From assembly GCA_023515795.1 (NCBI GenBank), contig JALGPX010000001.1:186001-208182 (forward strand): 22,182 nucleotides of DNA, in the 5' to 3' direction. This document shows positions 1 through 11,454 of this stretch, one piece after another. The first letter of the stretch is position 1. The number at the start of each line of letters is the position of its first letter. The notes under the pieces are model-generated. The model worked only from the letters and a program-made list of their open reading frames with translations, was not told where the DNA came from and made no database searches. This DNA is from Amoeboaphelidium occidentale (taxonomy: Eukaryota). The translations under genes and the position numbers were made by a program.

Positions 1-171
1 GTTGGGAATTCGCTCTTTTCCGGGGCCTCAAGGGGAATCTTTTTGTTGAATTTAAAAGCCTCTAGCGTTAGTCCAGTTGAAGCATCTATGTTGCCAGAGC
101 GTGTCACTCGATGTCCTGCTCCATGTGCAATACCATCAAAGTAACATAACGAAGATGAAACTTAATGACAT
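1..171 (-). other. Possible 5' part of a divergent gene running off the window edge (signal-peptide-like start, apparent frameshift)
   Basis: AAAATG at 171 (same context as other starts here) gives MSLSFIFVMLL then TGA. An adjacent frame (DGIAHGAGHRVTRSGNIDASTGLTLEAFKFNKKIPLEAPEKSEFP) stays open to base 1. No family recognised. Confidence 0.25.
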
Positions 172-275
172 TTTAAAACGATTCCTGTTAAGCAGAAACT
201 CAAATATATCATTTGGGGCAGATTTGTTCCTGGTGTCAAAGGTCAAGCTTGTTCAAACAACCTCGAATCTTCAAA

Positions 276-3200
276 ATGTCTTCGATTTCTGATGAATCTG
301 TGCCTGTAGCACCCGCGGAAGGAATCGATCTGAGGCCAGAAGCCACGGGAGTAGAACAGGTACCTAAGGATTCTGCAATACTGAAAGATCAGTTGGTAGT
401 TCCATCAAATGCTCAAGAGCCTAATCAATCGCTCAGCGTTTCAGCTCAAAAGTCCAGCAAAATACAGCAGGGCCATTCAAAGCCACTGAGAACATCCACA
501 ATGTCGACGATTAATATGCTTCAGAATATTGTAAAGGAAGGATACTTGAACAGAAAGACTGAGCATTATCATTTGCTCGGAAGCAACAGCACTACCATTG
601 GAAAGACTTGGAAAGTATATAAAGTAGTCCTTAGAGGAACCAAACTGTACTTCTTCAAGCCACCTACTGATCATGGCCTGAAGAACTGGTTTCCGACTAT
701 AAAGGCTGGCGGAGCAGACGTCGAACAGCAGCGTGCGAAGACAGGCAAAGATCAGCCCGTTACTGGAAGCGATGCAATCCCATCTAACTTCGCATTTGAT
801 GTAAATGCTTTTACTGCTTCTCTATCTTCAGGTGTAGCTTCAAAGGCTGATGAGGCATACTCAAACAGGCAAGTTACAGAAAAAGCTAGCAGTAACAAAG
901 GATTGGAATTGGTTCCTAGCATGTTTGATGCTTCAACGAAGCTATTGCTTTTCTCTGATACCGTCATACCCTCTTTAACATCCCAAGGGTCAGCAAGTAC
1001 ACCCAAATCTTCTTTATCTCCTAAAGCGCAAGGCAGTGAAACAACTAACTTGATTTCTAAGTACGATTATGGAGATGTATTCTTTGAACTTGATGTGATG
1101 AATATGAGGTTCAAACAGCAACTAGTGCTGTTGATATTTGAAGATAATGTGATGGTATTAACGAAAAAATGGGTCAGGATTACGAGATCAACTGAGCAAC
1201 AGGGTGATAATCGTCGTTCAATGGACTTGCATGATGGGTCTGAAAGTGCAGGATCACGTATTAAAACTATGCTTCTTGGTGGTACCGGTGGTGGTCAAGG
1301 AACTTCTTCAGCAGGACAAGAATTTAAGAAGATTCCGATTGACAATAGTGTTAATTTGACTGCAGGAAAAACCATGACAAAACTTACATTTGACGTAACA
1401 TATCCTTTACATGCTGTTCAAGTGTATCCCACTGTTACCGTTGTTCCGGTTGATGCAGCTATTCATCCTCACGGAAACAAAGGTGCTCCAGAAACTACAC
1501 ACCGTACTGAAGAAACAATTTACTGCTTCGAGTTCGTGTTACCAGATCAGCAAAGAAGATTCTTTAGAGCCAGGAATCAACAAGCCAGGGATCTTTGGAT
1601 TAGAAAATTTGAGGCTGCAAAGGAAGAGCATCATTTAAGGCTTGGAATTCCTTTGGAGAAGAGAATCAATTCTGATACTCCAATTTCTCCAGAGGAAATT
1701 GCTCGAATGTGGGGTTCTGAATTTGACAGCAAGACATCGACAGAGAAACTTAGTGATTCTGCTAGACCTGTCTCTTTTCTTCCTCAGGCTCCAAAGAGAC
1801 AACGCAAATTTTGGGGTATTGGAAGGCATCCTGAAATCTACGTGGCACAAGATGGTTCTGTAGAAGTTTTGCAAGGTGGAACATCGGAGGGTTTGATACA
1901 CGAGTTTTTGTTCCGAAATGTTTCATCATCTTCTTCAGCCCTTTCTTACGAGAATCTCAAGAAAGTTTTAATAACTTTGTCTGGAGGTCCTATTTGTGGT
2001 AGATCAACTCTGGACGAACTTTACCGATTGTATCAACTTTCTGCAGAAAAACCAGAGAATGTTTATACTCCAGTGGTTGCTAGGATTCTAGAACTTTTGA
2101 AAGATTTTGCAGAACATTTGGACCCATCTTTGAAAGTTTATTGCGAAGATCTTATTGCTTTGATTTTTAGAAAAGATACTCTTGGAGAAGAATATAAGAA
2201 GCAAGCAGAAGAAATATTGTCTAATCTTCATGTAACTGTCGCGATTCCTGATAAAATTACACAAGTCTTAACATCTGATGACTCTGGTTCTTATCAGGTC
2301 GAGCTGCTTAGTAACTCACTGTCTGCAGGCGCTTTCATTAAGATTCCTCCTGTGGAGTTGGCACGACAGATCTTTGCTTTCCATGCTGAGATATACAAGT
2401 CAGTTTTCTGTCAAGGATTTATCTACTCGCTTTTGTCTAGTTGGGAAGGAATTGATAAGAAGTCCGACGCATTTGCAAGAAATTCAATTTTCTGCTTTTT
2501 CTTACCAAATCAAGTTGTTTTGAATGGATTCATCAATAATGGTAATCCTCTTCAAGAACAAAAAGCTATTAGACCGCTGTTCACACTAAACTCACTCTCC
2601 CAGCATGTAATTCGCCAGATTGTTACATCTGCAAGATCAAGCTCTCCATCGAAACGTGCTCAGCTTATTACACACTGGATAAAAGTGGGAAATTCATTGC
2701 TTCGTGATTTTGGTGACGTTTATGGATGGTCATGTGTTGCTGAAGCTCTTCTTAATACTCAAATAGGAAGATTGGCTGATACATGGAAACTTGTGGATGG
2801 CTCTTTGATTAACGAACTAACCAACGAGTGGCTCCCATTATTAATTGGCGAGAAATCTTTATCTAGAAGTGAAGTTGTCATCCCCCAAGTTAGTACCGTG
2901 ATGGGTCAAGTAGCAGAAAAATTCCAGAGTGAAAGCGCCTTCAAGTCAGAAGAGGAAGTCTTAAAGCGAGGATTTATTCCACTAGAAAGGTGGGAATGGG
3001 CAAATGAATCGTTCTTTGAATTGGCGAGACGATGGTCCCCAGTTAATGTTAGCACTCGCCTTGCGTTAATCAAAAAGCATGATTTGATTCAATCTTGGAT
3101 CTCTGGAATTTACGAGAATGAAAATGAGGGCGTTTTGACTATGAGTACGTCCCATGTTGCTGTTCTGAAAGAACTGTATAATCTTATCGACACTAACGAG

Positions 3201-6200
3201 AGCGATTTGTCTAGTGTCCTTCATAAGTACGCAAGTAGTGTCAGTTCGTCTTTGTTTCAAGACAGTTTGCTATGTGAATCGCCAAGGCATTACTCCATAC
3301 AAGTTGGAAGTAATTATAATTCATCTGGAAATGACTTGCTACACATTCCGGATGTTCCTTCGTTCTTTTCTGCGTTTAGAGCAAGATTGTCTGGTTTCAG
3401 TGAGCTAAGTGGAAATAATGAAGCGGGATCGTCTCCAGCTGGCTCTCCATCGGTCAAACTTAAGTTTGGAAAAGCAAAAAGCAGAGAGTTCCATAGGTCT
3501 CTAACAAATTTGGACGATGTTGTCAACTCGAATAATTTAGGTGACGAGAATTTGGAGCTTGTCATTTCATCGGAGTCTGTCGTAGACCAAGAGACGGTTA
3601 CGTATTTGAAAGCTGGAACGCAAGAAAGACTGCTTGATTTTCTCGTTTTGGGAGAAAGAGACATTAACGAATTCCCCAAGTGGAACAAAGGATCTGATGT
3701 TGAATGTGAACTTTTCGACGATATATTCATGAAAACGTTCTTTGCGACATTCCGTTCTTTTACGTCTCCTTCCACTGTTCTTGAAGGTCTTAAAAGAAGA
3801 TGGAATACCGCAGAGAAGCATTCATCTGGGACTGTGAACGATGTAGTATACTTTAGAACGAAAATTTTGCGTCTAATTGAGTATTGGATAACGAAGTATT
3901 TTGTTGATTTTGCGGATGACCCTAATGTCTTGGAATCTTTGCAGAAGTTTATATTCTTTTTAGTCACCAAGACTGAGTCTGACGAAGCGCTGAATCAGTC
4001 TGTTTTGTTTTTACAAAGTACTGTTTTGAAGAAGAGCCGTGTTCCTCTATCTGTTTCCTCTAAAGACTATTCGAAAGCCGTGCAGCTCTCTAATGAAGCA
4101 TCGTCTAGCACATCTGTGGAAAAAATATTGGAACTTACATTAGATGACCTTCAAGTTCCGGCCGTAACAACTTGTCTTGGTTATTATGCGTCTCAGTTGT
4201 TCAAGAGTGTGAGTATGGTGGAATGGGTTCAAGTTATCGACCTCCTCGAGAATGGTAGTCCAGGATTCTCTGTATCATTTCATAGCTTTACCAAATTGCT
4301 CTATCCAACAGGCGCCACATCAGTTGAGGATCAAAGCTTAGATATCACTGATATTTTTACAATTTTGTCGCTTATTTATCCACCTTCAAATACAGTCAAG
4401 GCGACTAACAGCAAGAATGGCTCAGCTTCAAGCACTCCTAACATGGCATCAAAAGATAGGAACGCCGCTTCTACGAATCCACCTGGCTCACCTAAAGTCA
4501 TTTCCACCCTATCCGTGCCTTTGATGACTTTATTGCCTACGTCTATCCAGAGATTATATCATTTCCACCAAAACTTGAGAGCTTGGTCTATGCATCAAAT
4601 TCTATCCGCAACATCTGCCAGACACCGAGTGCAAAGAATTAAAAGTTTGTTAGAAATCGCACGACAAGCAAGAAGAAATTATGGTAGAGGGAATATGATA
4701 AGTAGACCTATCTTGTCTGCACTGGTCAGTCCTGAGTCAAGAATATTTGGCAGAGCGTGGATGACCTTGCATGAAATGCCTGTTGATGGAATTGAATTGA
4801 AGACGAAGAGAGCTGACAAGGAGAAGTTCGATACAGCAGAGTCGTATGTTGAGCTGTTAGAAATACTTTATTCTGAAATAGTGGATGTTTTAATGCCTAG
4901 CAAATTAATGAGGCAAATGATGAATGATCGTGCGGATGTTCCTTTAGAGATGCTTCCTTCCCTGGAGGACTTGTTGGATTTCTTTTCCGATGTCACAATT
5001 CATTCATCCGATTACTTCTTTGCTCAAAAGGATGGTGACACTGGTGTTAAATTGAACCCAACTGGCAATAATTCATCCAATCTTGCAAGTGTTAACACAA
5101 CTGCAACGATAAAGGGAATTAGTGCAAACATGGGCTTGCCTCTTGTAAACTTTGAGAAGAGGCTATGTTTTTACGCTTTATGCAGCAAGCTATCTGGCAT
5201 TATTGTTAGTAGCTGGGAAGAGTCTTACACGCCTGAGACAGATTTCTCTTTCTTATTGATTCCAGAGTTCGTTGCGGGCAATCAACAATTTTTGTGTGAT
5301 TATGAGACTGCTTATAAGGCTGCTTTGAAAGATAATAATGACGGGAAACCAGTGATTATATCTAAAGGCAAATTGAAATTTTTCACCAAATTGGTAGAAA
5401 AAGAAAAGGAATTGAGAAAAAGAAGAGACAAAGAATGGAAGAGACTTGATAATGCAAACGATAAAAAGAAAGTCAACGATTATTCCTCAAAGGGGACTGT
5501 AATCAAAGGGGACAAAAATATCAAATCATCAGGCGCTGGAATTGGTAATTCAGTCGGTAGTATTCAGCAGCAATCAACCAGTCAGATGTTAAGCAATATG
5601 TTGAGATTTCGATCAAGAGGCAGCTTTGGAAGTGTCAATAGCGCGTCTCAATCTACGCAATATTCACAGCAAGCCTCTGCGGCTGTCAATAATTCTCCTG
5701 TTGGCGGTCATAATCGTTCTGGCAGTGCAGCTAGCGTTCCATCCATTATTTTCCCTTCATCCTCCTCACAAAAAGCACAGTCTAACACAGATATCAGTCA
5801 AGGTTCTGCATTCAAGTCAGTTTCCTCCTTAAATCAAACTTCTGTAAATAACGCCAATTTACAACAGCCTTCTGGCCAGAATAGTGTTACAGGGTCACAG
5901 GCTATTTCCTCACATAGTGCAACTGAGCATGCAGGAACAAGTTCATCATCAGTTATGGATCATAAGAAGAATGAAGCTGCAAGCAAGCATACAGAAAAGA
6001 ACCCGGTCACTGTGGACACTAAGCGAGAAGTAACATTTGATGCAGCTACACCTAGAGAGAACGAGCTATCTCCATTCCTTGCAGCCGCTGCGAATGATCC
6101 TCGTTACAGCAAGCCGGTCAAGGTGGTTTCCCTCCTTCAATCTCGTTCTCATGTAGCGACAGATTATTCAAAGAGAAACTTTGTTTTCAGAATACTTACC

Positions 6201-7720
6201 GAAGACGAACAGGAGATTTTGTTGCAAGCTATTTCAAGAGATGATATGTTTGACTGGATAAAGAAGCTTAATGAAGCCAGTGTGAGAAGAATCGAAGAGG
6301 AGAGTAGAGTACCAAAGAAGGAAGAAGAGCCAGAACCAAGGCCGTTGGACAAAGATGCTGCGAAAGACTCCATGCCCGGCTTGTTTGGTGCTGCTATGAA
6401 CAATATAATGAACAGAAGAAAACATACTGATAATGCAGGATCTGCACTTAACCCTCAGAACTTGACTCAAAAATCAGAGGACAAACCAAGAACGTTTGGT
6501 GTTGGCTTGCTAGATTTGCTTCACAAAGATATAAGAGATAAGCTAATTCATGATGAAAAACATGAACAAAGTTCTATTAATCCTATTGCAAACTTCTTTA
6601 AAAGAGGAAATAATTCCAACCGGAATGCAAATGTCGGGGCAGTGGCCAACGCCGGAGATAATTTGCAGGCTATGGCACAGTTTATTGTCTGGAACGAAGA
6701 AAACAGTATTCCGATAGTTATCCAAAAGTGTTTATCAGAAGTTGAAGAGCGAGGTATAGCTGAAGTTGGAATCTATAGATTATCGGGATCAAGCAACGCT
6801 ATAAGGGACTTGAAAAAAGCATTCGATACAAGTACGTCTCTACCATTCTTTTTGTTTTAACTTCTAGATCCAATATCTGTTGACGTATCTATTGAAAGCA
6901 TTAATGACATCAACGTTATAACAGGTCTATTGAAGTTATTCTTTAGAGAGCTCCCAGAACCTCTAATGACATATGAGCTGTTTGATGAGTTTGTACGAGC
7001 AGCAGGTACAATATTATTTTTTCTCAATTCTAAACTCTAGATCTCCCTGACTATGACGAGAGGCTACTTGCAATCAAGAATTTGGTTCACATGGTTCCAA
7101 AACCAAACTACTTCCTTCTTAAGCGGCTAATTGAGCACCTAGAACGGATTACAGATTTCGAGGAAACTAACCATATGTACGCAACTAACCTGGCAATCGT
7201 TTTTGGCCCAAGTTTGCTTCGTCCGCCGCCAAAAGCGTGGTATGAGAGGAGGGATAAGGCTGGAAATGAATTGGATGCATCCAAAGGCAGCCTGAACGAG
7301 AAAGATGAGGATAAAATAGCCGAAAGCGTGTCAGCGTCAGCTAATGATATTGCATCATCTATGCAGCATTTAGGTCAATGCAGTACTATTGTCAAGAATA
7401 TGATTCTTCAATATCATTGGCTATTTGATGTTGAACGAGAGGTAGATCACACAGAGACATTTCTTGCCGAAGAGGTTACAACAAATCATGACGAGGAGTC
7501 CAAGCAAGCCATTGATGATCCGCATTCTTTAGCAATTGAAGGGCAAGATTATATCGAAGAGGTTCTGGAGGAAGTTCCGCCAGTGTGGTTAGAAGCGCCT
7601 ACATACAAAACAGCGCAGACTTTAGTTGACAGAAGCTCAGCTGAAATTGATGGAGCACACGCAGCTATATGTAAAGATTCTACTGATGAATTAGATCAAA
7701 TCAGTGAAAATGATCAATAG
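276..7720 (+). CDS. Large Bem2-like RhoGAP with PH, REM/RasGEF-like and C-terminal RhoGAP domains (~2457 aa). Exons 276-6831, 6868-7005, 7041-7720
   Basis: N-terminal PH (IVKEGYLNRK...WKVYKVVLRGTKLYFFK). RasGEF-like segment (IPPVELARQI, RAQLITHWIKVG). REM-like segment (LKAGTQERLLDFL...FFATFRSFTSP). PH C-half (DYSKRNFVFRILTEDEQEILLQA...MFDWIKKLN). RhoGAP (IPIVIQKCLSEVEERG, GIYRLSGS arginine finger, LLKLFFRELPEPL, NHMYATNLAIVFGPSLL). Removing GT-AG introns 6832-6867 and 7006-7040 joins the RhoGAP halves in frame. Confidence 0.88.
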
Positions 7721-7803
7721 ATTTCTCGTTTTTAGGTTGAATACTGTAACAAGGAACTTTGAAAGATTGAGGCGCAATAATCTTCTCAAGATTGTGATTC
7801 AAT

Positions 7804-9611
7804 ATGGCGTTGAAGTTACCAAAGACAGGCTTCACGAATATGCTTAAAGACGGCATGAAGGTACTTTTAATTTAATTGAGGCCGCTTATTTCGAAGCATT
7901 ATCAAGGCTTGGAAGAGGCTGTGTACAGAAATATCGACGCTTCGCGCCAACTTGCCCAAGTTACCAAGACAAGTTTTGGACCTAATGGTAACTTTAGAGC
8001 AAATCAAACTCTCTTAAACATCCATAGGAATGAACAAGATGATAATCAACCATTTGGAGAAGCTCTTCGTCACGAATGATGCTGCAACCATCATGAAAGA
8101 ACTTGAAGTCGTCCATCCAGCCGCTAAATTACTCGTGCTTGCTAGTCAACAGCAGGAATTTGAAGTACGCCCACGTGTTCTTAGTATGGCATTTAACCTG
8201 ATTAGGTTGGAGATGGTACAAATATGGTCGTTGTCTTCGCTGGGGAATTATTGGCTAAAGCTGATCACTTGTTGCGCATGGGATTACACGTCGCAGATGT
8301 CGTAGAGGGTTACGAAGTCGCTCTGAGAAAGGCATTGGAACTTTTGGAGGGTTCCGTTGCAGCAAATTTGAATAATCCAACATCTGACAAGGCGTTGCTA
8401 AAAAATGCTTTGCTTTCTGCTATTTCGAGCAAGCAACATGGTTACGAGAATTTTCTGGGTGACTTGGTCGTTCAAGCTGCTACAGACATCATGCCACCAA
8501 ACCCAAAAGCATTCAATGTTGACAGTGTTAGAGTTGTCAAGATTTTGGGTGGATCTTTGCATGATTCCAAAGTTGTCTCTGGTATGGTTTTCAACAGAGA
8601 ACCAGAGGGAGATATCAGAAAATTAAAAGCTGGCAAGGTTGCAATTTATACATGCGCATTGGATATTACTCAAACAGAAACCAAGGGAACCGTTCTATTG
8701 AAGAGTGCTGGTGAATTAATGGACTTCTCCAAAGGTGAAGAGAAGCAATTGGAAGCTGTAATTAAATCAATAGCTGATTCCGGTGTAAAGTGTATTGTTA
8801 CCGGAAGTGGTATTGGAGACATGGCGTTGCATTTTGTTAACAGATACGGCATGATGGCAATCAAGATTCTAAGCAAGTTCGAACTAAGAAGACTTTGCAG
8901 AGTTACAGGAGCCGTAGCATTGACCAAGTTGCAAGCTCCAACTCCAGACGAGACTGGTTTCTGTGATGTTATTGAGTATCTTGAAATTGGTGGCGACAGA
9001 TGCACAGTTTTCCGTCAAGAATCAGAAAAGTCCAGAACAGCAACAATTGTTTTGCGTGGTAGCACCCAGAACTTCCTTGATGATGTTGAGAGAGCCGTAG
9101 ACGATGGTGTCAATATCGTTAAAGCTGTTGTTAAGGATGGAAGAATGTTGGCTGGTGCAGGTGCGTGTGAAATCGAACTGGCACGACAAATTGCTGAATT
9201 CGGAAATCAAACTTCAGGAATGCATTCTCATGCTGTCAAGGCATTCGCAGAAGCACTTGAAGTTGTACCAAGAGCGCTTGCAGATAATGCTGGTATGGAT
9301 GCTACAAGCGTTATTAGTAAGTTGTACGTTGCTCACCAAAATGGAGTCGTTAATGCTGGCGTGAATGTTAATGACGAAGAAAACTGTGTCGTTGATGTTA
9401 TCAACGATTCTGAATTCCCTGTATATGACGCATTTGCTGTGAAATTCTGGGCTTTGAAATTGGCAGCTGATGCAGCTGTAACAATACTAAGAGTTGATCA
9501 GGTAATTTCGTTTTTGTTTAAGTTTATTCTAACTATTAGATCATCATGTCTAAGCCAGCTGGAGGTCCAAAGCTGCCACAAGGAGGCAATAATTACGAAG
9601 AAGATGATTAA
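7804..9611 (+). CDS. CCT8: T-complex protein 1 subunit theta (CCT/TRiC), 550 aa. Exons 7804-7860, 7897-7987, 8028-8164, 8206-9501, 9540-9611
   Basis: Spliced product has HYQGLEEAVYRNI, TSFGPNGMNKMIINHLEKLFVTNDAATI, VGDGTN, TETKGTVL, SKFELRRLC, DDVERAVDDGVN and C-terminal VDQIIMSKPAGGPK, all typical of CCT8. Four GT-AG introns of 36, 40, 41 and 38 nt restore the frame. Confidence 0.96.
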
Positions 9612-9651
9612 AATCAGCAATAAATCACATCGGCTTCGACCAATAATCTAT

Positions 9652-10047
9652 TCAGCAGTGTTTGTAAGACATGCGGTACAATGAAACAGTTCCTTGATCA
9701 TCAACACACGCTAATAGTAATCTAAAATGTAAAACAAATTCAGCAAGGATCGCGAGTTACGTTTCTGTATCCAATTTTTCAAACAACTGCCGTATTTCCT
9801 TAGGACTCCATCGGTCGTAAACTGAGTAGGGAATAACCGTTGCCATAAACAGTTCATTTCCAAACCTCACGCGAAATCCTATCCTGCAATGCTCTGGTCT
9901 TTCTTGTATCTCAAAGTCATGTATACTTGAGCACTTTTTGATATATTTAAAGAACATGTACGAGGAAAAGGCAGCGTCTAAATTGAGCGCGCTGGGATGC
10001 TTTTTTAGTAGCTTTTTGACTTGATCTTTGGTATTTTCCACGACCAT
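9652..10047 (-). CDS. SEN15: tRNA-splicing endonuclease subunit Sen15-like, 118 aa. Exons 10047-9761 and 9721-9652
   Basis: Removing a 39-nt intron (GTAACT...TTTTAG, 9760-9722) extends the ORF with LLLACVDDQGTVSLYRM, matching the Sen15 C-terminal L-A-I-V-D-x-D-S-T-V-V-Y-Y type motif. Also KHP...AAFSSYM and VIPYSVYDRWSPKEIRQLFEKL. Assignment is by motif recall only. Confidence 0.72.
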
Positions 10048-10048
10048 A

Positions 10049-10728
10049 ATGGAAGGAATTGCAAAAAGGAAAATAGAAATGTAACATCCAAAGCTTGTAG
10101 AGAATGCTTAGCTTTACTTAGACACAAACTATCCAATTACGGATTCGCATTAAAAGAAGCACTTAATGAGGAAGACACCACTACAGAGAGCAGATTTAAC
10201 AAGCTTAGGGAGGAGTCTTTCAAAAAGGGCACAAGGAAATCTATTGAGGTGGTCATGCTTGTTTACGAACGCGGCCACGCTCATGTTTTGGTCCTACAAT
10301 CTGGATCTTATTACAAACTGTAAGTTCACGTAAACTTTTCCCATTAACACGATAGTCCCGGAGATAAGCTAGAGGACGAAGAAGACGTGCGTACCACAAT
10401 CAACAGAATTCTAGACAAATATATACAGCAAGCACCAGTTGATCATGGCGAAGAGTGCCAAGTTGATGAAGTATTAGGTACATGGTTCAGACCAAATTTC
10501 GACAATCACTTATATCCATACTGTCCGCCTCATGTAAAGGGCACAGCAAAAGAAGAAATTGGCCTTTACTTGGTCACATTGCCAAAGTACAAAATGTTTA
10601 CCATCCCAAAGAATTATAAAGTAGTCGCGATACCATTGTATGAACTTTACGAGAATCAGCAAAGGTACGGTCAGATCCTTTCACAATTACCATTCATGCT
10701 AAGCAGGTTTGAGTTTAACAGCGAATGA
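10049..10728 (+). CDS. NUDT21: Cleavage factor Im 25 kDa subunit (CPSF5, Nudix fold), 200 aa. Exons 10049-10080, 10122-10319, 10356-10728
   Basis: HKLSNYGF, SRFNKLREE..KKGTRKSIEVVMLVYERGHAHVLVLQ, YYKLPG (across an intron), TWFRPNFDNHLYPYCPPHV, FTIPKNYKVVAIPLYELYENQQRYGQILSQLPFMLSRFEF match CFIm25. Introns of 41 and 36 nt. Confidence 0.93.
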
Positions 10729-10744
10729 ATAAAGACTTTTTATT
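10728..10744. terminator. Back-to-back candidate polyadenylation signals between convergent genes
   Basis: AATAAA at 10728-10733 (+), overlapping the NUDT21 stop, and TTTATT at 10739-10744 (AATAAA on -), just after the Gemin2-like stop. Confidence 0.45.
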
Positions 10745-10746
10745 AA

Positions 10747-11283
10747 TTAACTATCTGATAACAAGTCAAGTTGCCCATAGACACCAGCTGCAATTACTCT
10801 GAGTACAGGCGATTGTATGCAAACAGAACGAACAAGACTTATTTCATCAGCCATCAGCAATTCGTCCATGTAAAGCAGTACAGAAAAGACTGCGAATTCC
10901 ACGTAATATTTATCAGAGCTCAGATTCCGTATGGTCTTTAGTAATTTGATATAATCTGCATGAGAGCACGATTGCAGTAGCGACGTGAGCGACAAATTAG
11001 GAAGTTCTGTCTGTTCAATTAGAACCAATTGTAAAAATAATGCGCGCACATTTGAAGGTGTGTGTAGTGTGTGTCTAGAAGCGCGAACATGAGATCGAGT
11101 GGTGTTGAACTTCTCCAAGAATGTCATCTCTGCAGCGCTAAAGGATCTTATTTGAGCTGATGGCACAGGGACAGCTATTGTACTTTGATATTGTAAGGGC
11201 ACAGTAACAGTCTTATATACAGGCATTGCATCACTCTCTATCCTGACCATTTTAAGGTACTCCTCTGCGCTATCCATGATCAT
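10747..11283 (-). CDS. GEMIN2: Gemin2/SIP1/Brr1-like snRNP assembly factor, 178 aa
   Basis: N-terminal SAEEYLKMVRIESDAMP and C-terminal FSVLLYMDELLMADEISLVRSVC...IAAGVYGQLDL resemble the conserved Gemin2 blocks (EYLxxVxxEA; LxadxxsxlR; fgQxDL). Confidence 0.78.
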   Translation of the reverse strand: MIMDSAEEYLKMVRIESDAMPVYKTVTVPLQYQSTIAVPVPSAQIRSFSAAEMTFLEKFNTTRSHVRASRHTLHTPSNVRALFLQLVLIEQTELPNLSLTSLLQSCSHADYIKLLKTIRNLSSDKYYVEFAVFSVLLYMDELLMADEISLVRSVCIQSPVLRVIAAGVYGQLDLLSDS

Positions 11284-11454
11284 TTTCAGGTATCAAAAGG
11301 CAATTATGGATCAATAGTCTTAAAGAATGTACCGTAATCTATATTTGTCGCCAACAAGCTTTCTCGATTGGAGCATCACCGATTGCTTGACAAGCGCAAG
11401 CGTCTCTGTTTCAACGAAACAACAACAACAAGAAACCTGAAACGGCGCTCAATT

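Noticed and set aside
213..275. TTG/GTG starts given by the ORF track (e.g. 213, 7082, 11749, 15129, 15947)
   Set aside because: This is a eukaryotic locus. These are internal exon positions or upstream sequence; ATG starts and introns explain the structure.
3314..3970. 218-aa antisense ORF and other short ORFs nested in long genes
   Set aside because: Antisense or out-of-frame shadows of well-supported CDSs.
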